56,550 nt of DNA from Nemertoderma westbladi (Eukaryota; Animalia; Xenacoelomorpha): contig JAUCBJ010004904.1 of assembly GCA_032718475.1 (NCBI GenBank), forward strand, positions 1 through 56,550, read 5' to 3'. Each line of letters begins with the position of its first letter. Position 1 is the stretch's first letter. Of the stretch, positions 24,218 through 36,609 are shown piece by piece. A program made the translations under genes and the position numbers. The notes beneath the pieces are model-generated. The model worked only from the letters and a program-made list of their open reading frames with translations, did no database searches and was not told the DNA's origin.

Positions 24218-24760
24218 GTTGTTTTGGTTAGAAAATCCCGCCTCTGTAACCTGCTCCTTTCCCTGATTTGGTAAAGTGACCGTTTATTGTCTTGGATAGA
24301 AAGGCCCGCCTCTGTAACCTGCTCCTTTCCCTCAATTAGTTAAGTGATCGTTTATTGTTTTGGTTAGAAAATCCCGTCTCTGTAACCTGCTCCTTTCCCT
24401 CAATTAGTTAAGTGATCGTTTATTGTTTTGGTTAGGAAATCCAGCCTCTGTAACCTGCTCCTTTCTCTCAATTGGCAATGTTATCGTTTATTGTTTTGGT
24501 TAGAAAATACCATCTATGTAACCTGCTCCTTTCCTTCATTTGGCAAAGTGATTGTTTATTGTTTTGGTTAGAAAATCCCGCCTCTGTAACCTGCTCCTTT
24601 CCCTGATTTGGTATAGTGACCGTTTATTGTTTTGGTTATAAAGGCTAGCCTCTGTAACCTGCTCCTTTACTTCATTTGGTAAAGTGACTGTTTATTGTTT
24701 TGGTTAGAAAACCCGGCCATAACCTGCTCCTTTCCATCAATTGGTAATTGTTTTTGGCTA
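24218..24760. repeat. ~68-bp tandem repeat (~8 units)
   Basis: Unit gttttggttagaaaatcccgcctctgtaacctgctcctttccctgatttggtaaagtgaccgtttatt. Confidence 0.95.
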
Positions 24761-25313
24761 TAAAATGAGTGTTTTGCTACGTCATGTGGTAATCGATTAT
24801 CGACAACAAACACAAACTATTAAATTTAGAGTCTTTTACCACAGGCGCATATGGAAATCTATCTCATAGTCTATAAATCATGGAATTTTGAATGTTTTGG
24901 CACAGGCATAGTGAAACCAACTGTCCGACAGACCAGAAGTCAACAAATTTTGAATGTTTGGCACAGGCATGCTGAAATCAACTGTCTGACAGTCCAGAAA
25001 TCAGCAGTCTGACAGTTTGAAGAAATACATACATAAAGAGTAAATAAAGGAAAACAAAAGTTATTAAAGGGACAACAAAAGTCATTATGCACAATTCGTA
25101 AAAAGAGGAGGACAAAAAAAGTCAATAAAAGGACATAAAAAATCACTGCCCATTAAAACTATAATTATTTCGGTTACATATCATTATGATTAGCTCTATA
25201 CAGTATATAGATCTATTTGGCTCTATATATAACATTTGTAATGTAGCCTTGTAACCGGTACCGGTCATTCAGTCAGTGATTGCAGTTTTTCGTTAAATAC
25301 GTAGTACTCTAAC

Positions 25314-25348
25314 TAGCCTGAAGAAGCCATGTGGGTGAAAGCTAGCTA
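25314..25348 (+). ncRNA. Candidate minimal type I hammerhead ribozyme (Penelope pLTR-like)
   Basis: TAGC-CTGAAGA-A-GCC-atgtg-GGT-GAAA-GC-TA-GCTA: both core boxes, a 4-bp helix I, a 3-bp helix II, and palindromic AGCT in place of helix III. Confidence 0.55.
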
Positions 25349-25970
25349 AAACTGTTGTTTTATTTTGTCACTTGAGGTCTCCCAGCCCTACATATTACAG
25401 AATCATGATTACAACAGTGACGAGAGCCCGACAGTATTTATACACTGAAAGAAACTATAAGCATCTCATGAAAAATATTAAGAAGGTCTAACTATTATTT
25501 GTATTAAATAAGGCAATAATACCAACGGCAAAGGAACGACAAAGGAGCACAGCTCATAGAGGATTGTGGGACAAAAGTAGATTTTCGAGTTTTTTCGATT
25601 AGTACACCTTCAAGTCCTGTGTTGATAGTTCTCTCAAATCCACAAGGGCACAAGGAAGTACATATCCCTCCACCTGTATCTACATACTTTATAATATATC
25701 CACTCTTCAGTTCTGATCCGCAACACCACCCCCCCCCCCCCCCCCCCTAGTCCGTCTTTTCAAAATATTCGTAAACTAAATTAAAATGAAACACTTAAAC
25801 TATGTGATGAATAGATGTTTGAGCGACATGTAAATCTGATTGATAGTACTTACAGTGGTTATTATAATTTATCCTTTTGCGGTTGTTAGCTGATTTACAT
25901 ATATAACATAATGACACGAAAATTTAATCAAATAAAGTAAAACAGAATAAATATTTGCAGTAATATTGAG

Positions 25971-28900
25971 TTAGGTTTCGGCAAATCCTAAAAATACATC
26001 TTCAAGGGTTGTTTGTGTGACAGAATAATCTTCCAAATTAAATTGTTCTTTCGCTTCCTCCATTGATGAAAATATGTCAGACCACTTTATTGATTTATTT
26101 GTAACTCGATATGTTACAATCCCCTGGTGTTCATCTTTTAATTCAGCACCAGGAAACTTTGACTCTAAGAATTCTTTTAAAACAATAATGTCTTCAAAAC
26201 AACTTGCGCCTTTCGTATTAACTTTCGCCATGACAGAATACCCTTGGCCAAACTTTGACTTTAGATGTTGAAGCGACCCCGAACATTTGAAACTACCTCT
26301 TACCATGATTGCCAATCGCGTGCATAGTGCCTCACACTCTTCCATACTATGCGTTGTAATTATTATGGATGTTCCCTTTTCACGAACTCTACAAAGCGCA
26401 TTCCAAACTGAACGTTTGGAGACAGGATCCATTCCAGATGTTGGTTCGTCAAGAAATACGACTGGGGGATTACCAATCACTGCAATGGCAGTGCATAATT
26501 TTCGTTTATTTCCACCACTGTAGGTTTTACATAATTTGTTTGCAAACGGCCCTAATGTGAATTCCGAAACTATATCAACACACATTTGGTGAATGTCACA
26601 CTCTGGTATTCCTCTAAGTCTAGCAAACATCTGCAGTGTTTCATAAGCAGTCATTTGACCTATTAAAGCATCAAATTGTGGACAATACCCTATCAGCTGT
26701 TGGGCTCTTTCTAATTGGTTTCGAATGTTAAACCCACCCAAATAAACAGTGCCAGATGTCATTAAAATGTCCCCTGTTATCATCTGAAATGTCGTTGTTT
26801 TACCTGCACCATTTACACCTAGAAGTCCAAAGCATTCGCCAACAGGAATAGCCAAGCAAAGATTATTTGCAGCTACAATGGGTGGGTTGCAACAGTTACT
26901 GTATTTTTTACACAAATGGTCTAGAATCACAACATTGTTTTTATCACTTCTTAAAGCATCTATTGCATTCATTTCATTGGCTACATCTTCATCTATAAAG
27001 GTCTGTGGCAATAAACATTTTTTCTTCAAAAGTGTTGAAAAGATGAACAATTCAAATCTTCTGAAATACCCAGTTTCAATGGCAACTAATATAACAAATA
27101 ATAACAACCCTTCTAATATCATAACAAAAATATCCTGAGCAATGCCAGGTTTTTCCCACTGTAGTATGTTATCAAAATTATGGAAATGGTTCATAAAGTA
27201 AATTCGGTTTAAAACTGTATAAGAATTGTATGTTGGAATAATTGTTGTATTACGATAAAGTATAGCAAAAATATCACGTGATTTATATGATTCTATATGG
27301 ATGGGGATCTCAATAACCAAAGTTGTAAAAATGAAAATAAAAACATTTATAAAACAGCAACCTGCTACAGCCCGTGCAGGAACACTAAACAGTAACAGTA
27401 GGAAGTACATCATTGGTAAAGCACATAGTGAGAAAGCAGCTAAGAAGATAAATATATATCCAAGACTAGATGAATGTCCCATAGAGCCTTCCGCAGCAAC
27501 AAGTAATACAATCAGGATTTCAATAACAATAAATGTTAGGAAGTCGTATATAAAGTTAGATCCCCAGAAGATAAAGGGGTTGACACCAGAAACAAATTGT
27601 ATCTGCTTGGACTTCGATGTGCGTTCTTCTACAATAAAATAGATGAATGTTCCACTAATTAAACATAGTAAAAGTGAAATGTTTATGCCTTGTGTTGGGT
27701 CATTATAATCTGTCCGTTCACTATTTGAATAACCATATGTATCTACCTCTAAAGGCTTATTTATTGTGATTTATCATGATTTTATCTGATGAAGTGGCAT
27801 GTAAAAGTGCATTAGTGAACGCATTTAATGATTGTGGTTCAGAATGGATTGCTTGGCCGTTGTAATAAAGAGTAACTTCTGCAGGAATTCTTGAAATATC
27901 AAACTTTGCTGAAACAATGAAATTATTCACATAATATCCGAAATTTTGTTCCATCGCCTTAAATAAAGAACTGTTTAGATCTTCAACCTCTTCAACTGTA
28001 ACACCTTTACTGCGTAGAAATATTTCATATGATTCCCCAATATTCTTTAAGTCAGGCAATCGCTTTGTTGTTTCAGTTATCTGATAAAACGCATGTGTAT
28101 AACCATATTGAGATAAATCTATTGCGCGACTAGGCGATGTAGAAGTTTTTCTTTCTGATTTTGGTATATTGTTGTTAATCAGAATATACGCAATAGTAAT
28201 AAGAACAATAGCAAATTGGGCAATCAATATTGATGGATTTCTCAATGAATAAATAAAACGTTTCATGAGCATAGCATGCATTTGACGCAATAGAAGTTTA
28301 CTGCCATGTAGATTTCCATAACCACTTGAAACAGTTTTCAATTCTATTTCCATTTCTACTTTTGAATTATTATTTATTACTGTTGCTTGAGATCGAGCGG
28401 ATTGAAAATCATCTGCACAATCGCTACTCGTTCGACAGAAAGAGGGACTTTCTCTACAAGATACAAATTTGACTGAGTTATTATCACCTATTACTGTTGT
28501 CGGTGATCGAACTGGTTGAGAATCACCTATACCCTTGCAATTTTTTTGAACTAAAGATGCACTACTTCCTGTAAAATATTCTTTTGAGTTATTAACACGC
28601 ATGTTATCTTCTTGCAGTAACTTTTGTGTGAGTAGCTGGTCAACTTTTAGGAATACATCTTCCATAGTAGTAAGTGAAGCACCATAGTTATCGATTCCAA
28701 AATTATCTTTATTTTCTTCAATTTCTGTAAATAAATCTGCAAACTTCAAACGTTGGTTAGTGGGCAGTGTATATATAAGTTCGGCAGCCACATTTGAGCT
28801 TAAAGATGAATTTGGAACAATAGACTTAACAGTGGAAGTTAGTTTATTGATATCACAGTTTTTCGTTTTTACAATAGACAAGTGATAACCTACTCCATAT

Positions 28901-29874
28901 TTACGTTTTAAAAACATAGGAGTTCCAAAGCATTGCATTTTTCCATTTGTAATAATTCCAATTCTATCACCTAAATAATCTGCTTCATCCATGAAATGGG
29001 TTGTTAGTAAAATAGTTTTTCCAACTTTCTGTTGTTGAATAAAATCCCATGCATATCTTCTTGCTGTTGGATCCAATCCTGTTGTTGGCTCGTCCAAGAA
29101 TACTGTCGTTGATCCACCAATAAAAGCGATTCCCAGAGATAACCTTCTCTTCATTCCACCAGAAAGAGATTTTGAACGAGAATGTATCTTATCTTTAAGT
29201 TGAAGCATAGATAGGGTGTTAGCAATTTCTGATGAAATTGTTGCCTTATCGTAAATTCCTTTAAGTTGAATGTAAAAGATTAAATGTTCTTTCACTGTGA
29301 GGGTATCAAATAGCAAATTGTGTTGAGGGCAGAAACCTAAACTCTTTCGTACTTTCTTCATATCAGTACGAATGTCATGGCCATTTATAAGAGCAGTTCC
29401 ACTTGATGGAGGAAACATACCAGTAAGCATGGATATGGTAGTGGTTTTTCCAGCTCCATTTTTGCCAAGTAGAGCACTTATTTGTCCTTCATATAAATTA
29501 AAACTGACATTATCAGCTGCTGGCCGAGGGAGGTTTCTAAACATTTTGGAGAGTTTCTTTACATGTACTCCAGCTACAAGATTAGATGGTTCTTCTTCAA
29601 AATAGTCAGAAATTAAATTTGGATTTGACATAAGAACTTCACATGTTGATTTTGAATCAGCTGAACACCAGTACGATGGAGAGCAAGCAAAATACCATTT
29701 CATGGACACACCAAATTCTCCTGGGAAAACATTAGAAATGTACCAGGTCAAAACGCAATAGAAGAAACAGTCAAACAATAACATCATATACACAGCCAGC
29801 AATGAGATTGTATCTGCACCAGCTTCTAATTCATATGATAAATTCTGCCAATAGCTTCCTGGCCCTCTGTCTCC
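25971..29874 (-). pseudogene. ABCA: ABCA-subfamily (ABCA3-like) transporter, 3' part of the giant exon: NBD1, TMD2, NBD2
   Basis: NBD1 GKNGAGKTT / LSGGMKR / VFLDEP; NBD2 GVNGAGKTT / YSGGNKR / VFLDEP; C-terminal DYSVTQTTLEDVF. A frameshift near 27770 joins the 709-aa ORF to a frame reading ITINKPL...EERTSKSKQIQFVSGV and on into the 503-aa ORF. Confidence 0.9.
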
Positions 29875-31721
29875 GTTCAGTTGCAATCGTTCTTCCCAAT
29901 AATTCCCAACGATCGTACAGTAGTGGAGAAAACCTGGAATAAAGGGTCGATCTTCTCATCCGGTACCTCTACTTCCTCCTCGTGTCGGTTCGACTCGGTT
30001 CCTCTCTCGTCCTCATTCTCTGTCTATAAACCCCGTCTCCTATTGGACGGGGACTCAGTGAGCGGCCAGACGTCGACCCTGGCCCCTGCACTGCTCCATG
30101 GGCTGGAGCGGTTCCCGGTCCACCTGCTGGACGTTGGCGCGTTGCATTCCATCTCGATCCGGTCCCCCGAGGAGGCCGTCGGGGAGGTGTTCCGTGAGGC
30201 CCGTTGCACGGCGCCCTGCATCGTCTACTCCCCGTGTATCGACCGTCTGTGGGCCGTGTCCGCCGACTCCGTTCACGCTGTCATCGTCTCCGAGTTGGAG
30301 GATCTACCAATCGACTGTGAGGTTCTCTTCCTCGTGACTTCCCATCGCTGCTACGCCCAACTCAACCCCAATATTGCCGTTCTCTTCTATGAGGAAGATA
30401 AGGAGGTTTTCCAGATGCCCAGCCACTTCAAGGCGCAGGAGTGTGAGAACTATTTCCGTCCTTTGCTTATTGAAGAGGCTTCCCAACCTCCTCCCCCACA
30501 ACCCCTCCAGTTGGAGTAGGCGAAGGAAGCACTTCCGGTCGCCTCCGCTCCTCCCAGTCATCGTCTCTCTCATCGGGAGTTGGAACGCCTCCGATGGGAG
30601 GAAGATAACCAACTGAGGGAACTTGGGATCTTCCTGAGAACTGCGATCAACAAGTTCTGCTCCGATACGCGGTTCAAGATATTCACTAAACCGGTGGATC
30701 TAGAGGAGGTGCCAGACTACAAGGATGTCATAGAAAAACCCATGGATCTGTCTACCATGAAGACTAATATAGATCTCCATAGTTACACCACCGCGAAGCA
30801 ATTCCTTGATGATATCAAACTAATATGTGAGAATGCGTTGCAGTACAACCCGGATACAGACCCTGAAGACAGATGGATACGACATAGAGCCAATACACTG
30901 TATGATACGGTGTACAGTTATTTCCACAATCAGTTGGATAAGGACTTTGAGAGAATTTGCGAAGATATAGCCGAATGTCGTAAGAAGAGAGACGATGTTG
31001 ATGCAACCGAAGTGCTACGTTATTGTAAGGTAGTCCACGCCGAGGTCGCACTAACGGATGTGGTAGCGACGCCGCAAATAGGGGCCAAGAAACGGCCGAG
31101 CAAAAGGAAGCGATCGAGCTGGTCCCAGGGTAAAATCCGGACCAAGAAAATTAAAAAGAATTCAACTGAGTTAACTGAAAATAAAGAGGGAGATAATGCG
31201 AACGATCATTCTGATAACGGGAGGGATGAAGATGATGAAAGCGAATCAGAAGCCGAAGAAGTTAGTTCCTCCCCTCCTTCAGCCAATGGCGGCCCGGCGG
31301 AAACCCCAGTCCAATCGACCTCGAGTGGATCCGACCAATCAGGTTGCAGAGATAGTCAGCCTCCCGCACTCCGACCAATGGTTGAGACGTCATCCAATGT
31401 GGCAATGGAGCAATCCCGCTTGGTTGTCGATTCATCTGGTCTGGACAAACTACTCCAACGGACAGTGTCTGCCGCTAAGCGATGCCCCTTATTGCATCTA
31501 GAGAAACTGCATAGCGCATTAAGTAGAGCCATATACCAACACAAGATGGCGTACAATAAAACGGAATTGCTGAAGGATTTGAATGTTGTAGTAGATAAAT
31601 TCTTCGCCGACTCGTAGTGATATTGAGGTCTATATTAGTCTGTAGTACATGGTGCTACCAGTTCTTTGTTTTAGTACTGTATGCAGTAAGTTTAATGCGT
31701 AATATGTGTTTATTATATGTA
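29875..31721 (+). pseudogene. ATAD2: Intronless 3' fragment of ATAD2 (second AAA domain, bromodomain, C-terminal domain, short 3'UTR)
   Basis: YKPRLLL..GQT..LAPALLH.LE; bromodomain FTKPVDLEEVPDY..PMDL..NALQYNPD..IRHRA. One in-frame TAG at 30517-30519 separates two same-frame ORFs; 5'-truncated; stop at 31615-31617. Confidence 0.9.
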
Positions 31722-32414
31722 CCATTTGAACATTGCTTGAATACCCATTGCAAAACACGAATTAGGTAAAAGGCAAACAAGAAGTTTTGATGCTAAGGCT
31801 ATTTGATCATAAACTGTGTTGTTGATAATTGCAAATACAACATATGAAAGTGACCAAAGAATAACGCCACCAAATGTTGCAGTTTTGGAACGAGAAAATA
31901 ATGTTGATATAAAAAAGCAGAAGCAAATATTAGAAAGTGAATACAGTGTTAAAAACATAAATACAACACTCCAGTGGGCTTTTCCGAGCATAGCGGCTTT
32001 AATATCCAAGCATAAAAATAATGTAACAATAGTGTTAACAAGTATCAAAATTACTGCATAATGTATAAACCATGCCAACCAATGCAACCAGGGATTGAGA
32101 CCCATAATCTTCATTGCTTCTTTTAACTTGAGTTCCTTTTCATGAACAATATTTCGGATAATGTTAACAGATGTATATAATGACATCAATAGTAACAGAA
32201 ATGTCAAGAACATTTGTATAAAGACAACCATTCCAATGTGCACAGGTTTGTCAGGCTTTGGGTTTTTAGTAAATCTAATAGTTACATTTGGTGTTGTCAG
32301 GCTTTGGGTTTTTAGTAAATCTAATAGTTACATTTGGTGTACTGAGTTCGTTTACTTCACCAATACATGCGAAATCAATTGCTTTTTGAACACCGAGAAA
32401 CATTTGCTGATAGT
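31722..32414 (-). pseudogene. ABCA: ABCA transporter, 5' part of the giant exon (TMD1)
   Basis: Acceptor ttttgtttttgcag at 32415; DYQQMFLGVQKAID; IVHEKELKLKEAMKIMGL..WLHWLAWF; LLPN..FAMG. Confidence 0.88.
32248..32339. repeat. Perfect 46-bp tandem duplication that frameshifts the ABCA exon
   Basis: ttgtcaggctttgggtttttagtaaatctaatagttacatttggtg occurs twice; removing one copy restores TPNVTIRFTKNPKPDKPVHIGM. Confidence 0.95.
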
Positions 32415-32671
32415 CTGCAAAAACAAAACAATAAATGTATGTGTTGCTATTGCGAAAATAAAATTGTAAACCCATAAATGAAAGCAAGTAACATTTCCTA
32501 GTCTGTCTTGCAAATCTTCTTTCCGAGTAATAGAAAAACAAATTTTTTTCGAGGCTGCTAGCTGAATAAATATCTATTATTACATCATTGTGTGACAAGT
32601 AACACTTTTCAACGAGTGCATATATGCACACCGAGGAATTACTTAAATAATAAGGATCTTTGAATTATTCA

Positions 32672-32924
32672 ATGTCCTGGAATATAGTTTATCGTAATAC
32701 AATGACATGGACAGTGGACACCTCAACAATTTTTCTAAAAATCTGCATTACAGTGCATGACATTTGAAACAGAGTTAGTTTCATCTCCATCCTTCTTAGT
32801 CTGTTAGTGGGTCCAAAGTCAGCATTTTTATTTTCGATTTCATTTTTTTTTAGCTACAAGCGTTTAAAAAGGGAATCTCCGTCGATATTGCTCCAGTCAT
32901 ATTGCTGTTATTCTTTAAACCTTA
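32672..32924 (+). mobile_element. Truncated copy of the Tc1-like MITE family (see 54695-55229)
   Basis: atgtcctggaatatagt... and tagctacaagcgtttaaaaa...ctccgtcgatattgc match the full copy. Confidence 0.75.
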
Positions 32925-33060
32925 TGATGATGATGGTGTGATGGAAACAGCCCCTACACCTACAACAATCTCCAATAGTCAAAGAAATACAGTCAATCAT
33001 CTAACTGATCTTGACTTTGCTGATGAATTAGGAATTCTCTCGAATTTATTATAACAGGCT
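32925..33060 (+). pseudogene. Tiny RTE-like RT fragment
   Basis: Translates HLTDLDFADELGILS, compared with YLTNLDFADDLGVLS in 7541-7984. Confidence 0.7.
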
Positions 33061-33277
33061 GGATAATCAATACAACAGATATTATTGCTATTGTTACATT
33101 CGACTCAACATTACCTCATAAAATCGATATATGCATGCATATCCACAAAAATGATACTACTATATTTCCCTGGGTGCACTTCGAACACCCAAAAACTACT
33201 ATATTTCCCTAGGTGCACTTCGGACACCCAAAAACCAATATGTCGCCTTAATGGTCGATAGCCGCAAACAGCATTAA

Positions 33278-34709
33278 CCCTATTAAACCCGGGGGGTGGG
33301 GTCAATATGACCCCCCACCCCGTGTGTTTTTTGTTATAACTCTGAAACAAATGTAGTGGGAAATCTGACATTTTATGACTTTTCCTAAAAATCTATTGTC
33401 TGCGTAATAGTGAAAATGGTTTTCAAAAATATTGGTAAATTTTCGAGTTATAGCACCATATTTTTAACCCTACTTTTGGCACTTTTTTGAGGCGTTTTTT
33501 TGAAAATTACATTTCGTGAAATATGATTTGTAACATCTCTATTTTTTATTTACACCGATTTTTTGGTGTTTACAATTAGATGGAATTCATATAAATAATT
33601 TTAGAAATTTCAAACTTGTTTTTTTCGGAGAATGCCAATTTTGGTGCCAGCACCAAATTTTGAAATATGTCAATTTTGTAAATTGATTGTTTGAACCTTT
33701 TTTTGCGCAAAGTGGTTTTTTGGGTTCTGGCTTCGATGGAATATATACGAGTTGCACCAGGCGTATCAAAGTTGTATTTTGCGGAGCCGTATGCAAAATT
33801 TGGTGCTAGCACGAAATTTTGAAAATCGATTTAATAGTTCAATTGTTTGTTACAACTTATTTATCGCGTTTTAGAGGTTTATGGCTGTTCTGATTTCAAT
33901 GGAATAAGTAATTATCTAACTAGACATCACAAACTTGTATTTTTCGGAAGTGGGTGCAAAATGTTGAAATTTTGAAAAACGTCAAATATATCAATTGATT
34001 GTGTCACCTTGTATTTTGCGTTATACGGATTTGTGAGGGTCCTGAATCCGATTGAATCAATAAACACTGGACATCTTAAACTTGTAATTTTTGGTGAAGG
34101 GTACGAAATTTGGTCCCAGCACCAAAATTTGCCATATTACGCCGCACGTCTAAAAATTAAAAATTAAAAATTCTGGTAAATGAGAAATGAATTCCATTAT
34201 AATTAGCGCCCCTGAAAACCTAAAAATGTGAATTTTTAGCATCGTATAAGAGAATTAAAAAATTTGTGTTCAAACTGAGAAGTGCTGTTTACTTGTTATT
34301 TTTTCATTTTTTGCCTACGTAGAGGACTAAAACAGCCATTTATACTGATCAGATTATTTTTAAATATTTTCCAATTGATTTTACGCACCAGAAAACCAGT
34401 ATTGATAAACAATTAGCCGAAAATTGGAACTTTAAAATTTTATGAAAATTGTTCACTACTTGTAATTTTGGTGCTGCAAAATATCCACACCAGTACTTTT
34501 TTCGAAATTTTTTTTCGTTCGGATTCAGACTACTGAAATCTACGTACCGTCAAAAAGAATCAGACGTTTTCGTTAAAATTTGTAGATTTTAAAAGGAGGG
34601 GGGGGGGGGGGGGTCAATATGCCCCCCCCCCCCCCCCCCCCCCCCTGTATTGGTACAACATTTTATAGCCCGGTACGGTACAACATTTTATAGCCCGGTA
34701 CTAATAGTG
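33278..34709 (+). mobile_element. piggyBac-like non-autonomous element, copy A
   Basis: TTAA|CCCTATTA ... TAATAGTG|TTAA; subterminal GGGGTCAATATGACCCC palindromes; internal subrepeats; inverted homolog at 47825-49379. Confidence 0.88.
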
Positions 34710-34801
34710 TTAATTATCACCCAAGTGTTTTACCTACAAATGTCAGGTTAACAAACATTTAAAAATGTCCGTATACCAATAGTGGGGTTTCTGCTTCTTA
34801 A

Positions 34802-35300
34802 CCCTATTACCACTGGGGTGTTTTGACCCTTAGCACCACTGGGGGGGGGGGGGGGGGGGGGGTAGGGCGCGTCATAAAAATCAAATTTTGGAAATTTAAA
34901 GTGAAGTGGCCATTTTTATCTGGACAAAGGCATAAAAAGTGCCTGGTAAAAATATTTCTGAAAAATAATGACATCTTAAGGTCGCCCAACTGACTTTTGT
35001 AAATTTAATCTCTATCGCTATCATTTGCGGTTGTTTTTGATGAGCGAATTTTAAGTTAAGCCACTTCTACTCATCGTATTGACTCAATTTTTGGCACATT
35101 TGAAAGGCAATGGTCGATATTGGGGGGGTAGAACTAAGAAAAAAGTTAAAATTCATGAAAGGGACGCTTTTTTACTACGTGAAAGCCCTTTTGTTCAAAA
35201 TTGTGTGTCAAATTTACTATAAATTCATATTACTCACAGCACTAAAAATTTAAAATTAATATAAAAATCTATTCAAATCTATGGAAAATGGTATTTCTTA
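34802..35300. mobile_element. One end of a related piggyBac-like element
   Basis: TTAA|CCCTATTAC at 34798-34810; no matching second end found, so the right boundary is approximate. Confidence 0.4.
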
Positions 35301-36609
35301 TTTCTGCAAAGTGAGGGAAATTCAATTCCAATAATTTGTCAGTCACTTCATCAATCAGCAGATCAGTAGTTACTTATGGTTTGAATTGAGCTGGTGGCCT
35401 ACCATTACCAGTAAACATATACAGTAATTCAGTCCTACCGGTGCTATATTATATTTGAATGCCATAATACAGTAATAAATAGCTGTATTGATCACACAAT
35501 GTCGAAGACCCGTTCATCAGACTGCAGTATTGTTCAGATTCTAGGCCCGTCGTTAATTGTCAATATTCCTCTTTATACATGATTTTAGGAATTTTATCGG
35601 CTATTGACTATATATTGGAGATTCTCGCACACTAATACACTTAATAAGGTGAATCTCCGCTCCCATGATCTATTAATTGATGGAATTTTAGGAATGTTAT
35701 AAATTGTATAAAAATGACAATTTATCAAATTCATTACAATATGAATTTAAATTTATTCCCGTAAATTTTATTATTTAATATTAAATCGACACAATTTTAT
35801 TCCAGAACATGTCTGGGGACTGGGATCCTTGATTCTAGGAAATTGGTCTTTTTAAGAATATCGTTAAGTGCTACGATATCTTAATAGACTAGAATTTTAA
35901 AGGATCGAAAATTTGACAGATTTTATAAATATTAATAGTTAATATTTAGGATGGGCACCAGTTTATTCCAGAATTTGTCTGGGGACGTTAACCACTGATT
36001 CTAGAATTTTGTCTTTCAAGTATATCGGTGGGTGCCGCGATATCTTAATCGACTAGAATTACAGATGGTCAAAGGGTTTAACAGATTTATTTGCGTTGTA
36101 CGCTACTGTTAAAGGGACATCACGCTACTATATGTATTATATACGGTATGAGAGCAATATCGCACGAAGCAATGTCAGTGAGAAGAGGCAAGTCGTTTCC
36201 AAGGTCTACCCAGAGCTTGGTTTAGCCGAGACACGAGGATCTGAATTTTGCATTCCTAATACTCTACTTTACCAATAATACTTGAATATAGTAGGAGCTT
36301 TATTGTACTTTAATAAGTACGGATATTTCATCTTACTGTAGTCACGTATTTGTAATGTAATACTAAGAAGAAAGGAAAGAGAAAAAGAATTATTTCTCGC
36401 TGTCGCACTAAATATATAATATATAAGTAATTAAGTAATAAACGCGAATATATATTGCACTAATCTACTAAATAATCGCTAAAATAACATTCTACTAAAT
36501 AAAATGAAAGAAAACGATTATAATAAAATTACATAATAATACATACATAAATATAAAATGATAAAAACAAATATAAAATAATATAGTCACACACCCACTC
36601 CAGACGCTG

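Noticed and set aside
29875-31721. ATAD2 as a nested gene inside an ABCA intron
   Set aside because: The only nearby donor (TG|GTACAT) joined to any nearby AG gives a stop or frameshift; there is no acceptor tract; ATAD2 is truncated and has a nonsense codon.
35495-35530. Second hammerhead (minus-strand CTGATGA)
   Set aside because: No correctly placed GAAA box and no helix I.
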